A stretch of 64,000 bases of DNA from Alphaproteobacteria bacterium (GCA_964291215.2 OZ219790.1:128001-192000), one strand, 5' to 3'; shown: positions 43,101 through 54,854, counted from the stretch's first letter. Notes: generated by a model not told the origin, from the sequence alone. Translations and numbers: made by a program.

Positions 43101-44269
43101 CGGCTGTCCTCCTCCGCCGTTTTCGCGATCGAATGCACAGGCAACCGCACCTGGAAAACCGTGCCATCGCTGTCGCTGTCGAACTCGATCATCCCGCCAT
43201 GGTCGCCGACCACCTTGGCGGCAAACGCAAGGCCGAGACCGGTGCCCTCCCTGCCGGTGGTAATGAAGGGATCGAAGACATGGGGCGCGATCTCGTCCGG
43301 AATCCCGCGCCCGTTGTCCGCGACGGAGACGACGAGCGGCAGTTGCACGCGCCGCGTGCCGCCTGGCAGGGTGAGTCGCACACCGTGATGATAGGCGGTT
43401 CCGAGCCGGATCTCGCCGCCATCCGGCGGAACGGCCTCACAGGCGTTCTTGACGATGTTGAGGAAGACCTGAACGAGTTGGTCGAAATTGCCATGGACTG
43501 GCGGCAGCGATGGGTCGTATGTCTCGATGAAGCGGACGTGATGCCCGAATCCGGCCTGGGCAATGCGGCGGATACGCTTAAGTACGGCGTGGATATTCAC
43601 CCCTTCGCGCGAAATATCTTCATCCGAAAAAAGCTCCATGCGGTCGACGAGCGTGCAGATGCGGTCGGTTTCCTCGCAGATCATCCGGGTGAGCGCGCGG
43701 TCGTCCTCCTGTCGCAGGGACTGCTCGAGAAGCTGGGCGGCGCCTCGAATGCCGGACAGGGGATTCTTGACTTCGTGGGCCAGCAGCGCGGCGAGGCCAG
43801 TCACCGAACGGGCGGCATGGCGGTGAACCATGCGGTTCTCAATCTGCCGGACCACGGACTGTCCATGCAGTGACACGACAACCTGCCGGTCATCGTCCCC
43901 GGCCGGTGTGGCAGTCACGGCGTGGCTTCCCTCATCCCCATTGGGAAGCGATAGCCAGAGTTCGTGTTCGGCAACGCTGAAACCTGAAGTGCGCGCCTGT
44001 GAAATCAACGCAAGAAGCGGGCTGTCGGGAGAAAACAAGGTCGAGAGGCTACAGCCGACGAGATACGTCGCGCCACGGTCCAGCAGTTGCTCGGCCGCAA
44101 CATTGACGCGAATAATTCGCAGGCGCTCATCGACGACGATGATCCCGAACGGGAGCGCCCGCAGGACATCTTCGGCCGCCGCTGCCGCCACGACCGGACC
44201 CGATTCAGGTCGGGACTCCGGTGTTCCGTCCGGGGCGGATTTTCTGATCACGCCGAAATTGGTCATCAT
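43097..44269 (-). CDS. ntrB: Nitrogen sensor kinase NtrB
   Basis: PAS plus [25 protein letters not shown]. Confidence 0.94.
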   Translation of the reverse strand: MMTNFGVIRKSAPDGTPESRPESGPVVAAAAAEDVLRALPFGIIVVDERLRIIRVNVAAEQLLDRGATYLVGCSLSTLFSPDSPLLALISQARTSGFSVAEHELWLSLPNGDEGSHAVTATPAGDDDRQVVVSLHGQSVVRQIENRMVHRHAARSVTGLAALLAHEVKNPLSGIRGAAQLLEQSLRQEDDRALTRMICEETDRICTLVDRMELFSDEDISREGVNIHAVLKRIRRIAQAGFGHHVRFIETYDPSLPPVHGNFDQLVQVFLNIVKNACEAVPPDGGEIRLGTAYHHGVRLTLPGGTRRVQLPLVVSVADNGRGIPDEIAPHVFDPFITTGREGTGLGLAFAAKVVGDHGGMIEFDSDSDGTVFQVRLPVHSIAKTAEEDSR

Positions 44270-44517
44270 TCAGGCAACGTCTGACGATTGTTCAAAATTT
44301 ATGCAAAAATAGGGAGTTGCAGGGGTAAGGGCAAGTGATTGACCGGCCGTTGCCCGTCGAATGATATTTGCCCGGCGATTCCGGACCGCGCCAGGTTGCT
44401 AATAGTGCCGTTTTCGGGTTGAGTATCGTGCCACTGTCAGCCGATTGGTTTCCGGCGAGCCGGAGCGGGCACATGCTTTCTCGTCGCCTGTCATCCCCCT
44501 GCGAAAGGCTTCGGGAC

Positions 44518-45684
44518 ATGACTCGATGTATCGTTCTCGTACTTGCGGGCGGCGTCGGTGCTCGGGTCGGGGGTGATCTTCCCAAGCAGTATCTGGTCCT
44601 GTCCGGAAAACCCGTGCTTCGGCACACCATCGACGCGTTCCGCAGCCATCCCGGGATCGATTCGATCCAGGCCGTGATCGGTGTCGATGACGGTGATCTG
44701 TACGCGAGCGCCGTAGCTGGGCTGCAGTTGCCAGCGCCGGTCCATGGCGGTGCGACACGCCAGGCCTCCGGTCGCGCAGGCCTCGAGCATCTGGCCGCCA
44801 CGGCGCCACCCGACTACGTTCTCATTCACGATGCCGCGCGACCATTCATTGACCACGCACTCATCAATCGTGTCCTCGCTGCGCTTGGGGATGCACCGGG
44901 CGCCGTGCCGGCGTTCCCCGTAGCCGATACCCTCAAGAGGGGCGACGGCAATCCGCCGATGGTCGTGGAGACGGTCGATCGCAACGGCTTGTGGCACGCG
45001 CAGACCCCCCAGGGGTTCCGATTCGTGGACATCCTGGAAGCACACCGCGCTGCGGATGGATGCGGACTTACGGACGACGCCGCGGTCGCGGGCCATGCCG
45101 GACTACGCGTTGCCCTTGTGCGCGGAAGCGAAGACAATTTCAAGATCACGACCCGCGAAGACTTCACACGGGCCGAGCGGATCGCCGGGAACAAAGAAAT
45201 GATCACGCGGACGGGAACCGGGTTCGACGTGCATGCCGCCGGCGAAGGCGATCACGTCATGTTGTGCGATTGTCCAATCCCGCACGAGCGCGGACTCGTC
45301 GGTCATTCGGATGCCGATGTGGCGCTCCACGCGATCACGGATGCGATCCTCGGCGCGATCGCCGCCGGCGATATCGGGTCGCATTTTCCACCCTCGGACA
45401 AGCGCTGGAGGAATGCGCCGTCGCGGATATTCCTTGAACATGCCGCCGCGCTCGCAAGACAGAAAGGCGGCCAGATCGTCAATATCGATGTCACGATTAT
45501 CTGCGAAAGTCCAAAGATTGATCCCCATCGCTACGAGATGCGGCACGCCGTCGCGAAGATTCTATCTATCGGGATCGACCGGGTCAGCGTCAAGGCGACA
45601 ACCACGGAGAGGCTGGGTTTTCTGGGCCGGGGCGAAGCTATTGCGGCACAGGCTTCTGCATCCGTTGCCCTGCCGGAAGCGTGA
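44518..45684 (+). CDS. ispDF: Bifunctional IspD/IspF
   Basis: LAGGVGAR..PKQY, IHDAARP, QTPQGF; GFDVH, GHSDADV, KATTTE. Confidence 0.96.
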   Translation: MTRCIVLVLAGGVGARVGGDLPKQYLVLSGKPVLRHTIDAFRSHPGIDSIQAVIGVDDGDLYASAVAGLQLPAPVHGGATRQASGRAGLEHLAATAPPDYVLIHDAARPFIDHALINRVLAALGDAPGAVPAFPVADTLKRGDGNPPMVVETVDRNGLWHAQTPQGFRFVDILEAHRAADGCGLTDDAAVAGHAGLRVALVRGSEDNFKITTREDFTRAERIAGNKEMITRTGTGFDVHAAGEGDHVMLCDCPIPHERGLVGHSDADVALHAITDAILGAIAAGDIGSHFPPSDKRWRNAPSRIFLEHAAALARQKGGQIVNIDVTIICESPKIDPHRYEMRHAVAKILSIGIDRVSVKATTTERLGFLGRGEAIAAQASASVALPEA

Positions 45685-45942
45685 CACGGGACGGAATGAA
45701 CTGAGATGCGCGCCTTGGGCGGCGGCCACAACCGGTTCACGACGGCGCCGTTCGCATTCTGGCTCCGGAATTCAGGTGCCAAAGATGTCGAAGACGTCAG
45801 AACGCACAGTTCTTGTGGACAGAGGCGCTGCGCAAACCCTTCAACACCTTCGTCGACGCCCGCCACCACCATGCCGACAAGCGCAGGCAGGTCCTGCACG
45901 CAATCACAAGATCCGGCTGACCGCACCTTTCGCCCCGACAGA

Positions 45943-46110
45943 AACCGCAGTCCTCATCGACGAAAAATGGGAAACCGAAACCAAGGCATACATCAAATGG
46001 GAACAGCTCGATCAGCTTCACGACAATTTCCAGACATCAGGTTGCGTAATCCAGTGAAACGCCTCAAAGCGCAAACCTCAGACAAATTTCCAGACATCAA
46101 GTTACAGTAC
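45943..46110. mobile_element. IS256 copy 5: right end (+) fused to a half-palindrome and left end (-)
   Basis: ...GGTTGCGTAATC|CAGTGAAACGCCTCAAAG...GTTACAGTAC. Confidence 0.85.
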
Positions 46111-46396
46111 ATCACATTATTTATTGGCTCCTCGCAGGAAGAATTGGCAATCAGACAATCGATGGGAGCGCGCGTTACTAATCCGATTCCGGTGTCGGGC
46201 CGCGCTCAAACAGAATGACCGGTTCGAGCAGAGAGATCAGTTCCGGCAAGTCTCCCCGTACCGTTCTCCAGACGATATCGAGGTTGATGTCGAAATATGC
46301 ATGAACGTGTCGAGTAAATAACTCACCTTTAGGCGGCCATTTCGGCATCCCTGCCATGCCCTTCCATTCGGGGCATGTATGCCATAACTAACTATA

Positions 46397-46425
46397 TTGA
46401 CACGACTATTTCAAACCGCTAGATT
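46397..46425 (+). promoter_or_regulatory. Sigma70-type promoter upstream of the integrase array
   Basis: TTGACA-N17-TAGATT. Confidence 0.6.
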
Positions 46426-46695
46426 GCGGCCATGGTCGCCGCGGTCGCCAATCGAGACAGGAAACCGAGTGCTTACGAGCCGGTTCGCGCGCTCGCACGC
46501 TCACTGCGCTTACTGGCCGATCGACCGATTTCACCGCTGAACGCATCCGTCGAATCCGGCCCGGCGAGGCCGCGAAGCAGGCGTTGATGACGCACGGAGA
46601 ATTGGGGTCAAGCCCGCCGCAATGCCGCGCCGGCATCGTCGTTCCCATCGTCGTCGCCCCATGACCGAACAGCCTCTTTCCCGCAGCAGGACGCC

Positions 46696-47579
46696 ATGAC
46701 GCAACGCCAGTACCGCACTCTCTCCAAGCGCATCGTCGACAGCCTCCCCGCCGATGGCAAGGACACCGTCTACTGGGACCGCGAACTGCCCGGTTTCGGC
46801 CTCCGCGTCTACACGACCGGCAGGAAGGTCTTCGTCGTCCAGACCCGCGCGTTCGGCCGCTCGAAGTGGGTCACCCTCGGCGAGCACGGCAACCCGCTCT
46901 CCGCCGACCGGGCCCGCAAGGAAGCCGCCGAGGTCATCGTCCGCATCAAGACGGGCCAGCCGCCGGTGCCGCCCGAGCCGGCCAGCGACCCCACCGTCGC
47001 CGACCTCGCGGACCGCTACTTCCGCGAATATGTCGAGATGCACTGCAAGCCGGCCACCGTCTCCCACTACCGGATCATGCTGCACAAGTACATCGTGCCG
47101 GCCCTCGGCGAGCGCCTCGTCGCGGAGGTCGAGCACAAGGACATCCTGCGCTTCCACAACGAGCTGCACCACAGCCCACCGTCGCCAACCGGGCGGCCGA
47201 CATTCTGGTCAAGATGTACAATCTGGCGGACGCGTGGGGCTGGTGTCCCTCGGGGCGCAACCCGGCCCGGAGCGTCCCCCGCTTCAGGGTCGAGAAGCAC
47301 GAGCGCTTCCTGACCCCCGAGGAGCTCGCCCGGCTCGGCGAGGCCCTCAGGGCCGCGCCCGCCGAGCGCCTGGCCTCCGCCCATGCGGCGGCGGCGATCT
47401 ACCTTCTCGTGCTGACCGGATGCCGGCGCAACGAGATCCTCGGCCTGCGGTGGGACGACCTCAACTTCGACACCGGCCAGATGCGGTTGCGCGATTCAAA
47501 GACAGGTTACATTTTTTCGGCCATGTCACTCATGCGCCTGGCTACCTCCGAAGATGACAATGCCTTGTATTCCCTATGA
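46696..47579 (+). pseudogene. Arm-type (DUF4102-like) tyrosine integrase 1, frameshifted near 47170 and truncated after RDSKTG
   Basis: WDRELPGFGLRV; TGCRRNEIL; no HxxR or Tyr half. Confidence 0.88.
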
Positions 47580-47689
47580 TTACATGAAATACCCGGTCGC
47601 TTTCGCCTCTTGCATCTGCGCCATGGATGCGTTTGAATGCGCCCCGGTTCGATGCCGCCCATGTGCGGCTTGATCACGGGAATGACGCC

Positions 47690-48871
47690 ATGCCCAAGCG
47701 AAGCACCCTCAGGATCGTCAAGCGCACCGTCGATGCGCTCAGCGTCGATCGCGGCGACGCCAACTTCTGGGACCGCGACCTCGCGGGCTTCGGCGTCCGC
47801 GTCCATGCCACCGGGCGCAAGGTCTACGTGGTCCAGTCCCGGGGGCCGGGCGGGCTGAAGCGCGCCAGGCTCGGCAGGCATGGCGAGATCACCGTCGAGG
47901 AGGCGAGAACGCGCGCGGCGGCGGCGATCGACCGGATCAAGCGGGGCGAGGAGCCCTGTCCGGCGCCTGCGGCGCCGGCGCTCACCGTGGCCGGGCTGGC
48001 GGCGCGCTACATGGAGAAGCATGTGGCGATGCACTGCAAGCCGAAGACGGCGGCGCTCTACCGGACGGTGCTGGACCTGCACATCCTGCCGGCGCTCGGC
48101 GGCAGGGCGCTCGGGGATGTGGGAAGGGAAGACGCGGCCGGGCTGCACCACCGGCTGCGCGGCACCCCCTACATGGCCAACACCGCCGCGGCGGTCCTGT
48201 CGAAGATGTACAAGCTGGCGGAGAGCTGGGAGTTGGTGCCGCGCGGCTCCAACCCGTGCCGGTCGCTGCGCTATTACCGGGAACAGACGCGCGAGCGCTT
48301 CCTGACGCCGGAAGAATACCGCCGTCTGGGCGTGGCGCTGCGCGAGGCGGCGTCGAAATCGACGCCGTGGCCGCAGGCGGTGGCGGCGGTCCGGTTGCTG
48401 ATCCTGAGCGGCTGCCGCAAGAGCGAGATCCTGACGCTGAGGTGGGACGACGTGGACCGGGTGGCGAACGAACTGCGGTTGAGGGACGCGAAGTCGGGGC
48501 CGCGCATGGTGCCGCTGACCCCGCCGCTGGTGAAGGTGCTCGACGGCATCGACCGGTCGGACGGCAGTCCGTGGATCGTGCCGGGCCGCAAGCGGGATAC
48601 TCATCTGGTCAACCTGGACTACTACTGGCGGCGCATCACCGCGAGAGCCGGCCTCAGGGATGTGCGCCTTCACGACGCCCGCCATTCGTATGCGAGCCGG
48701 GCGCTGGCGCTGGGGGAGAGCCTGAGCATGATCGGGCGGCTGCTGGGTCATTCCCGGGTGGCGACGACAGCGCGCTATGCGCATCTGGTGCGCGACGCGG
48801 AGAGGGCGGCGGCGGGCCGGGTGGGCGAGAGCATCGGCGTTCACGTGGCGCCGGAGCGGAGCGCGGCATGA
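47690..48871 (+). CDS. Arm-type tyrosine integrase 2, intact
   Basis: WDRDLAGFGVRV; GCRKSE, DAKSG, HDARH, LLGH, TARYAH. Confidence 0.93.
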   Translation: MPKRSTLRIVKRTVDALSVDRGDANFWDRDLAGFGVRVHATGRKVYVVQSRGPGGLKRARLGRHGEITVEEARTRAAAAIDRIKRGEEPCPAPAAPALTVAGLAARYMEKHVAMHCKPKTAALYRTVLDLHILPALGGRALGDVGREDAAGLHHRLRGTPYMANTAAAVLSKMYKLAESWELVPRGSNPCRSLRYYREQTRERFLTPEEYRRLGVALREAASKSTPWPQAVAAVRLLILSGCRKSEILTLRWDDVDRVANELRLRDAKSGPRMVPLTPPLVKVLDGIDRSDGSPWIVPGRKRDTHLVNLDYYWRRITARAGLRDVRLHDARHSYASRALALGESLSMIGRLLGHSRVATTARYAHLVRDAERAAAGRVGESIGVHVAPERSAA

Positions 48872-50043
48872 GGGGAACGCGCAGGCGGACGATCTCCAAC
48901 CGCATGGTGGCGGCGCTGGAAGTGGAGCGGGACACGGTGTTCTGGGACCGTGAGCTGAAGGGCTTCGGGGTGCGGGCCTATCCCGGCGGCGGCAGGGTCT
49001 ATGTCGCGCAGGCGCGGGGACCCGGGGGGCCGAGGCGTGTCACGGTGGGCCGCCACGGGGTGCTCAACGCAGAGGAGGCCAGGCGCCGGGCGGCGCTGGT
49101 CATCGCGCGGGTGAAGGCGGGCGAGGACCCGGCGCCGGAGCCGCTGGCGGCGAAGCTGGCGCAGGGGCCGACCGTGGCCGATCTCGCGGCGCGCTACCTG
49201 GAGGAGCATGTGGCGGTGCGCTGCAAGCCCAAGACCGCGAGGACGACGCGCAGCGTGGTCGAGCGGCACATCGTGCCCGGGCTCGGCGGCCTGGCGCTGG
49301 CGGCGGTCGAGCCCCGCGATGTCCTGGAGCTGCATCACGGTCTCGGCGACCGGCCCGCGATGGCGAACATGACGGTGGCGACGCTCTCGCACATGTACCG
49401 TCTGGCCGAGGGCTGGGGCATGGTGGCGGACGGGGTCAACCCGTGCGGGTCGGTGACGAGGTATCCGTCGAAACGCCGCGAGCGGTTTCTGACCGGGGCG
49501 GAGTTCGAGAAGCTGGGCCGGGTTCTGGACGGGGCGGAGACGCAGGGCGGCGCGTCGGCGGGCGCGGTGACGGCGATCCGGCTGCTGATGCTGACCGGGT
49601 GCCGCAAGAACGAGATCCTGACGCTGAGGTGGGACGACGTGGACCTGGACGCGGGCGAGCTGGCGTTGGCCGACGCGAAGACCGGCCCGCGCGCGGTGCC
49701 GCTGCCGCCCTCGGCGGTGCGGCTGCTGGCGGCGCTGCCCCGCAGGCCCGGCAATCCCTGGGTCATTCCGGGGCACAGGCCGGGCACGCACATGACCGAC
49801 ATCGACGGCGCCTGGCAGACCCTCCGGGAGCGCGCCGGGCTCAAGGGCGTCCGGCTTCACGACCTCCGCCACAGCTACGCGTCCAGGGCCCTGGCGCTCG
49901 GGGAGTCCCTGCCGATGATCGGCAAGCTGCTCGGCCACAGCCAGGTCGCGACCACGGCGCGCTATGCGCATCTCGCGCGCGAGTCGGTGCACGAGGCAGC
50001 CGCGCGAATCGCGGACAGCATCGCCGCAGACATCTCATGTTGA
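48868..50043 (+). CDS. Arm-type tyrosine integrase 3, intact, ATGA-coupled to integrase 2
   Basis: WDRELKGFGVRA; GCRKNE, DAKTG, HDLRH, LLGH, TARYAH. Confidence 0.93.
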   Translation: MRGTRRRTISNRMVAALEVERDTVFWDRELKGFGVRAYPGGGRVYVAQARGPGGPRRVTVGRHGVLNAEEARRRAALVIARVKAGEDPAPEPLAAKLAQGPTVADLAARYLEEHVAVRCKPKTARTTRSVVERHIVPGLGGLALAAVEPRDVLELHHGLGDRPAMANMTVATLSHMYRLAEGWGMVADGVNPCGSVTRYPSKRRERFLTGAEFEKLGRVLDGAETQGGASAGAVTAIRLLMLTGCRKNEILTLRWDDVDLDAGELALADAKTGPRAVPLPPSAVRLLAALPRRPGNPWVIPGHRPGTHMTDIDGAWQTLRERAGLKGVRLHDLRHSYASRALALGESLPMIGKLLGHSQVATTARYAHLARESVHEAAARIADSIAADISC

Positions 50044-50090
50044 GCCCAACACAAGATGTCGCTCGGGACACTGGTGGAGTGCAGCTTCGA

Positions 50091-52993
50091 TTACTGATCG
50101 GCCCCTGGCAATGGCGGCAGTCCAAGTTCCTTCAGAAACATGTTGTGCTTCGCTGCCGCCTTCTGAATCTGCCTCTCGGTCTCGACCAGCTCCCCGTGAG
50201 TGGCGGCGAGGTCGATCTCGACTTCCGGTTCGGCCGTGCTGACGTACCGGGAGATATTGAGGTTGAAGCCATTGGCCTCGATCTCGTCCATCCCCACGCG
50301 CCGGGCATAGCGCTCAATGCTCTCCGGGCGCTCCCGGTAGGTGTCGACGATCCACTCGATGTGCTCGTCGGACAGACAGTTCTGCCGCTTGCCCTTCTTG
50401 AAATGCTCGGCCGCGTTGATGAACAGGACATCGTCGGGCTTCTTGCATTTCTTCAGGACAAGGATGCAGACCGGAATGCCGGTCGAGTAGAACAGGTTCG
50501 CAGGCAGGCCGATGATGGTGTCGATGTGCCCGTCGTCGAGGAGCTTGCGGCGGATCTTCGCCTCCGCCCCGCCGCGGAACAGCACCCCGTGCGGGAGGGA
50601 TTACGCAACCTGATGTCTGGAAATTGTCGTGAAGCTCTCAGTCATCGAGCTGTTCCCATTTGATGTATGCCTTGGTTTCGGTTTCCCATTTTTCGTCGAT
50701 GAGGACCGCGGTTGAGAGGCGCTCCAACGAGGCGAGGTTCGGAAAGACCCTGACTTTGGAGGTGCGCCGCTTGAGCTCTTGCTGGATCGGCCGCTCGATG
50801 CCGTTCGAGGTTCGCATACGTTTGCGGTGAGCATCGGGCAAGGTAAAGACGGCGAGCCCCGCATTCTTTTCCAGCCAGTCTGCGAAGCCTGGATGCTTGT
50901 CGCTGGCCACGAGGGCGCCCAGTTCAGCCTCGGCGGTTTGGAGTGAGGGCGCATGGCTCCGAGCTGTTTTCCAATACGTTTCCTGATGTCGTTGTTCGGT
51001 GCACGGCGTTTTGCGCCAAGTGGAACTGGCAGCGCTGCCACGTCGCCGCGCCCAGCACCGCGCGTCGTGCCGCTTTCAGCCCAGCATGGTCATCCGAGAC
51101 GATGAAGGTCGTACCATGCAGGGCTAGCAAGCTTTCCAGGAAGGCTCTCCAATGGACCTCGGCCTCGGAGAGCGCCACAGAGAGCCCCGGAACGTGCCTG
51201 CAGCCCCTATTCCGATGGCCGAGAGCACTGCAACATCCCGCACAACGCCGTCATGGCGGGCTTTTTCGTAGCGCGCATCCAGGATCAGGTATTTCATCAG
51301 CCCAAGGGGCCGGTTGCGCCAGGCGGCGAGTTCTTCATCGAGCAACCTGGTGGCCCCCTGAGAAGAGGACAGGCTCCCGAACTCGCGCATTACATCTTCG
51401 GCCTGCCGCGTGGAAACACCCTTGATGTACATCTCGGCTACGGCCAGCATGACGGCGCGAGAAGATCGCTGGCCGCGTTCAAGCGACTGGGGGGTCGTCC
51501 CCGTGACCGTTTGGCACCTGAACGGCAACAGGGGGGTGTCGATCCGCTTGTAGCCGTTGGCATAGCCCTGTCGTTCCGGTGTCCGGTGGCCCGCTTTCAA
51601 GTACTGTTCGCGCTCGATTTGCATCGCAAGCTCGAAGAGCTGACCAAAGACCCGCCCCAGATCCGTTGCTCCGTTTGCGATCAGATGTTCCAAAACGGCC
51701 TCAATCGTCGTAGTGTGTCGCAGCTCCATTCGCTTCCTCCATGAATGTTTTTCAACTCCATGGGATAGCACGATGGCGCCGCGTTTCACTGGGGGGCTAG
51801 CCCCCCAGTGAAACGCCTCAAAGCGCAAACCTCAGACAAATTTCCAGACATCAAGTTACAGTACCGCGGGAGGATGATGGCCATCACGCCGTCGTCCTTC
51901 AGATAGTGAAACCCGTGCAACAAGAAAGCGAAGTCAGCCGCCGACTTCGGCGCCAGCCCGTAGTTCCTGAAGCGCATGTCCTCGCCCAAGGCCTCGCTCG
52001 GGGTCCAGCGGTAGCTGAATGGCGGGTTGGCGACCACGGCGTCGAAACGGGGCTTCCTCGCCGGGTTGGTCTCGCGGAGCAAGTCCCAGTCATTGGTCAG
52101 CGTGTCGCCGTGATAGATCTCGAACTCCGAGTCCCTCACTCCGTGCAGCAGCATGTTCATCCGCGCGAGGTTGTAGGTGGTGATGTTCTTCTCCTGACCG
52201 CAAATCCTGCCGATGCCGTGCGGCCCTATGCGCTTGCGCACATTGAGCAGCAAAGAGCCCGAACCGCAGGCGAAATCCATCACGCTGGCAAGTTGCTCCC
52301 GCTTGCCCGCCTTGGGCTCCTGACTGTCGAGTGCGACGATGCGGAGAGGATGTCCGATATCCGCTGCGGGGTATAGAACTCACCGGCCTTCTTGCCCGAG
52401 CCAGCAGCAAACTGTCCGATCAGATACTCGTAGGCATCGCCCAGCGTATCGGTGTCTGTGGAGACCCCCGCGAGCCCCTCGGCCAGCCTGGTGATGACCG
52501 TGCAGAGTTTCGCGTTCCGATCCGCGTAGGTCTTGCCAAGCTTGTCCGAGGCGAGATTGATCTCCGAGAACAGTCCCGAGAATGTGCTCTGGAACGACTC
52601 GTTCTCAATGTAGTTGAAGCCTTCGTGGAGCGTATCGAGCAGCTCGCCATCATGGGTGCGGGCCATATGGGCAATGCTGGCCCAGAGGTGATCGGGGCGA
52701 ATGACATAGTGCGCCTTGAGACGCATCTGCTTCTCGAACGCCGACACATCGTCGGGGTTCTGATCGTACCAGACGGACAGGGAGGACCGGCCTCCATTGC
52801 CGACAGCGTTCGGGTCAGGATAGTCGCGCCCGAGTTCCTTCCTCGCGGCCTGCTCGTAATTGTCCGAGAGGTACCGGAGGAACAGGAATGCCAGCATGTA
52901 GTCGCGAAAGTCGTCCGCGTTCATCGCCCCGCGAAGCTGATCGGCGATGGCCCAGAGGGTCTTGCCGGGTTGTTCATGGCCCTGTTCTGTCAT
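50091..52993 (-). pseudogene. hsdM: Type I R-M methyltransferase, 1-bp frameshift near 52341 and IS256 insertion
   Basis: LWAIADQLRG, GEFYTP, DFACGSG, VANPPF, ILP|HGVLFRGG, NLNISRYV. Confidence 0.93.
50599..51865 (-). mobile_element. IS256 copy 6
   Basis: Both IRs; 8-bp TSD GCGGGAGG at 50591-50598 and 51866-51873. Confidence 0.95.
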
Positions 52994-54162
52994 GTCGCGT
53001 CATTCATTGCAGCTGTCGTACCACTTGGAAACAAGGCGGGGTTGAAGGGATACTGGCCGATGAACTCGTGGAGAACCTTCCGGAAGTGTTGCTTGTTCTC
53101 CTCCAGCATCTCTCGCGGCTCGAACAGCGAATAGTTGCCGTGGCTGAGGATGTTGATCAACCGTGTGTGAAAGATACCGTCTTCATCGTCGGAGTCGCGT
53201 TTGATGCATTGAGAAAAGTTATCGTAGCCATGAAAGCTGGCGGTTTTCTCCAGAATTGCGCGAAGCATGTTGAAGTGATGCGTGTACAACCTGCCGTCGC
53301 GGTCCGCCTCGTAGAGATCGACAAGCGCCGCCACATGGTGGAAAAATGGCGTATTCCCGGTTTTGCGCAAGAGAAGCCCATCCGGCGACCCGTCGCGGCT
53401 GAGAAAATACTTGTCCGCCCTGGACAGCTCATTGCAAAGCACGTTGAAAAACAGTGCGTGGTGGGTCGAGATCACCGTCTTGTGCTGGCTGTCCGTCCCC
53501 TTGAGAAGTTGCGCCAGATGATTTGCCACCGCGATGGCGTTGTGCTCATCGAGCGATGAGACCGGATCGTCAATGTAAATGTACTTGACCCAGTTGTAGG
53601 GACCGGCTCCGTCGTCGTCGAGCGCGAGCTGGACGATTGCCAGGAAGAAGCACCAGATGAAGATGTTCTCCTCGCCGCGGGAGACCTTGATGGCCTCCTC
53701 GTGGCGGGTTTCATACTCGTCACCGTCATCGCCTGCGGCGCCGTCCTTCTTCACCCTGAACTCCCGGGTGAAGACCACCTCCCAGGTGGCAGTGTCAATG
53801 CGGAACCCGAAATCGGCGTAGCGGCTGAGCAGGGCACGGATTCGATTGTCCATCTCCATCGACTCGAGACCGGCGAAAAAGCTCGAGTCCGTGTTGAGCG
53901 TCAGATTCCGCTCGATGTCATTCTCCAGATCGTTGTCCCACGAAAACAGGTCTTCGGTGAAGGCATTGAAGTAGAGCGTGTCGCGCGGTTCTGTCTCGTC
54001 ATCGGTGCTTGCGACCTTGCCGAGGTCCTTGAAGGCGGTGGACAGGCGGGTCTTGCCCGTGCCGTTATAGGCATAGAGCAGGATGAACTTCTTGTTCTCC
54101 ATCTCTTGCCGCAGGTGCACGGCAAGGGTGTTGCGGTCCGGGAACGCCGTTGCATCGCTCAT
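52990..54162 (-). CDS. prrC: PrrC-family anticodon nuclease (ABC ATPase plus HEPN)
   Basis: YAYNGTGKT, YFNAFTEDLFSWDND, SRGEE, YIYIDDPVSSLD, STHH, LRAILEKTASF, NILSH; lies between hsdS and hsdM. Confidence 0.88.
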   Translation of the reverse strand: MSDATAFPDRNTLAVHLRQEMENKKFILLYAYNGTGKTRLSTAFKDLGKVASTDDETEPRDTLYFNAFTEDLFSWDNDLENDIERNLTLNTDSSFFAGLESMEMDNRIRALLSRYADFGFRIDTATWEVVFTREFRVKKDGAAGDDGDEYETRHEEAIKVSRGEENIFIWCFFLAIVQLALDDDGAGPYNWVKYIYIDDPVSSLDEHNAIAVANHLAQLLKGTDSQHKTVISTHHALFFNVLCNELSRADKYFLSRDGSPDGLLLRKTGNTPFFHHVAALVDLYEADRDGRLYTHHFNMLRAILEKTASFHGYDNFSQCIKRDSDDEDGIFHTRLINILSHGNYSLFEPREMLEENKQHFRKVLHEFIGQYPFNPALFPSGTTAAMNDAT

Positions 54163-54854
54163 GGATCACCGGCCTTCCAGAGAGGGAAAGAGCTGCTGCA
54201 TCAATCCTCGTTTGTGCTGCTTGAGCGTATCGATCTTGTGAGCCAGTGCATTGAGTTGACCGTCGATAGACGTCAGGCAGTCGGCGATCTTCTTCTGCTC
54301 GGCGGAGTCGGGAAGGTTGACATCTTCGCTTGCGAGAAAATGCCAGTCCGTGCGAGGCATCCTCGATCCAGAAGAGACATTTGCTAATTGAATAAACCGT
54401 TCTGTTTGTACTAAATAGAACAAGAAATTGCTTGAAACCAATTCACTTCGGAGCACCCAGATTTCCGATGTGCAGATCCCTTGGAATGTAGGTCGAGAAA
54501 ACTTCCTCAGGTAAGGCCGCAATTTACCGAACAAAACATCGCCAACTTGGAACATTGTCTTGAGGCTCTTGTGTTTTCCGAGTTCAGAAAAGCCAAGTAT
54601 TTTTCCAGTTCTCGGCTCTATATTTTCAAGTTCAATCAAATGCGGGGTATTCGGGCTAGTTTTTGGATCAAACGTCTCTTTGCCTCGCGTAATAGTGTCT
54701 CCTAATTTTCTTGTTTTCCAAGCACCAGAGTTCTGAAACTCCGGAAACCGCAGCTTCGGCACAGTTTCGCCAGGCTGCGGGAAAAGCTGCTGCATCAGCC
54801 CTTGCTTGTGGCGACGCAGGGCTTCGAGCTTCCGGTGCTCCGCCGCGATCAGGT

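Noticed and set aside
45695-45942. Possible IS630-like remnant (FVDARHHHA)
   Set aside because: Too short and degraded to support
48256-48867. Apparent 204-aa N-terminal extension of integrase 3
   Set aside because: Alternate frame inside integrase 2; the real start is the ATGA overlap at 48868
46111-50090. tRNA or att site for the integrases
   Set aside because: No cloverleaf or flanking direct repeat found by eye
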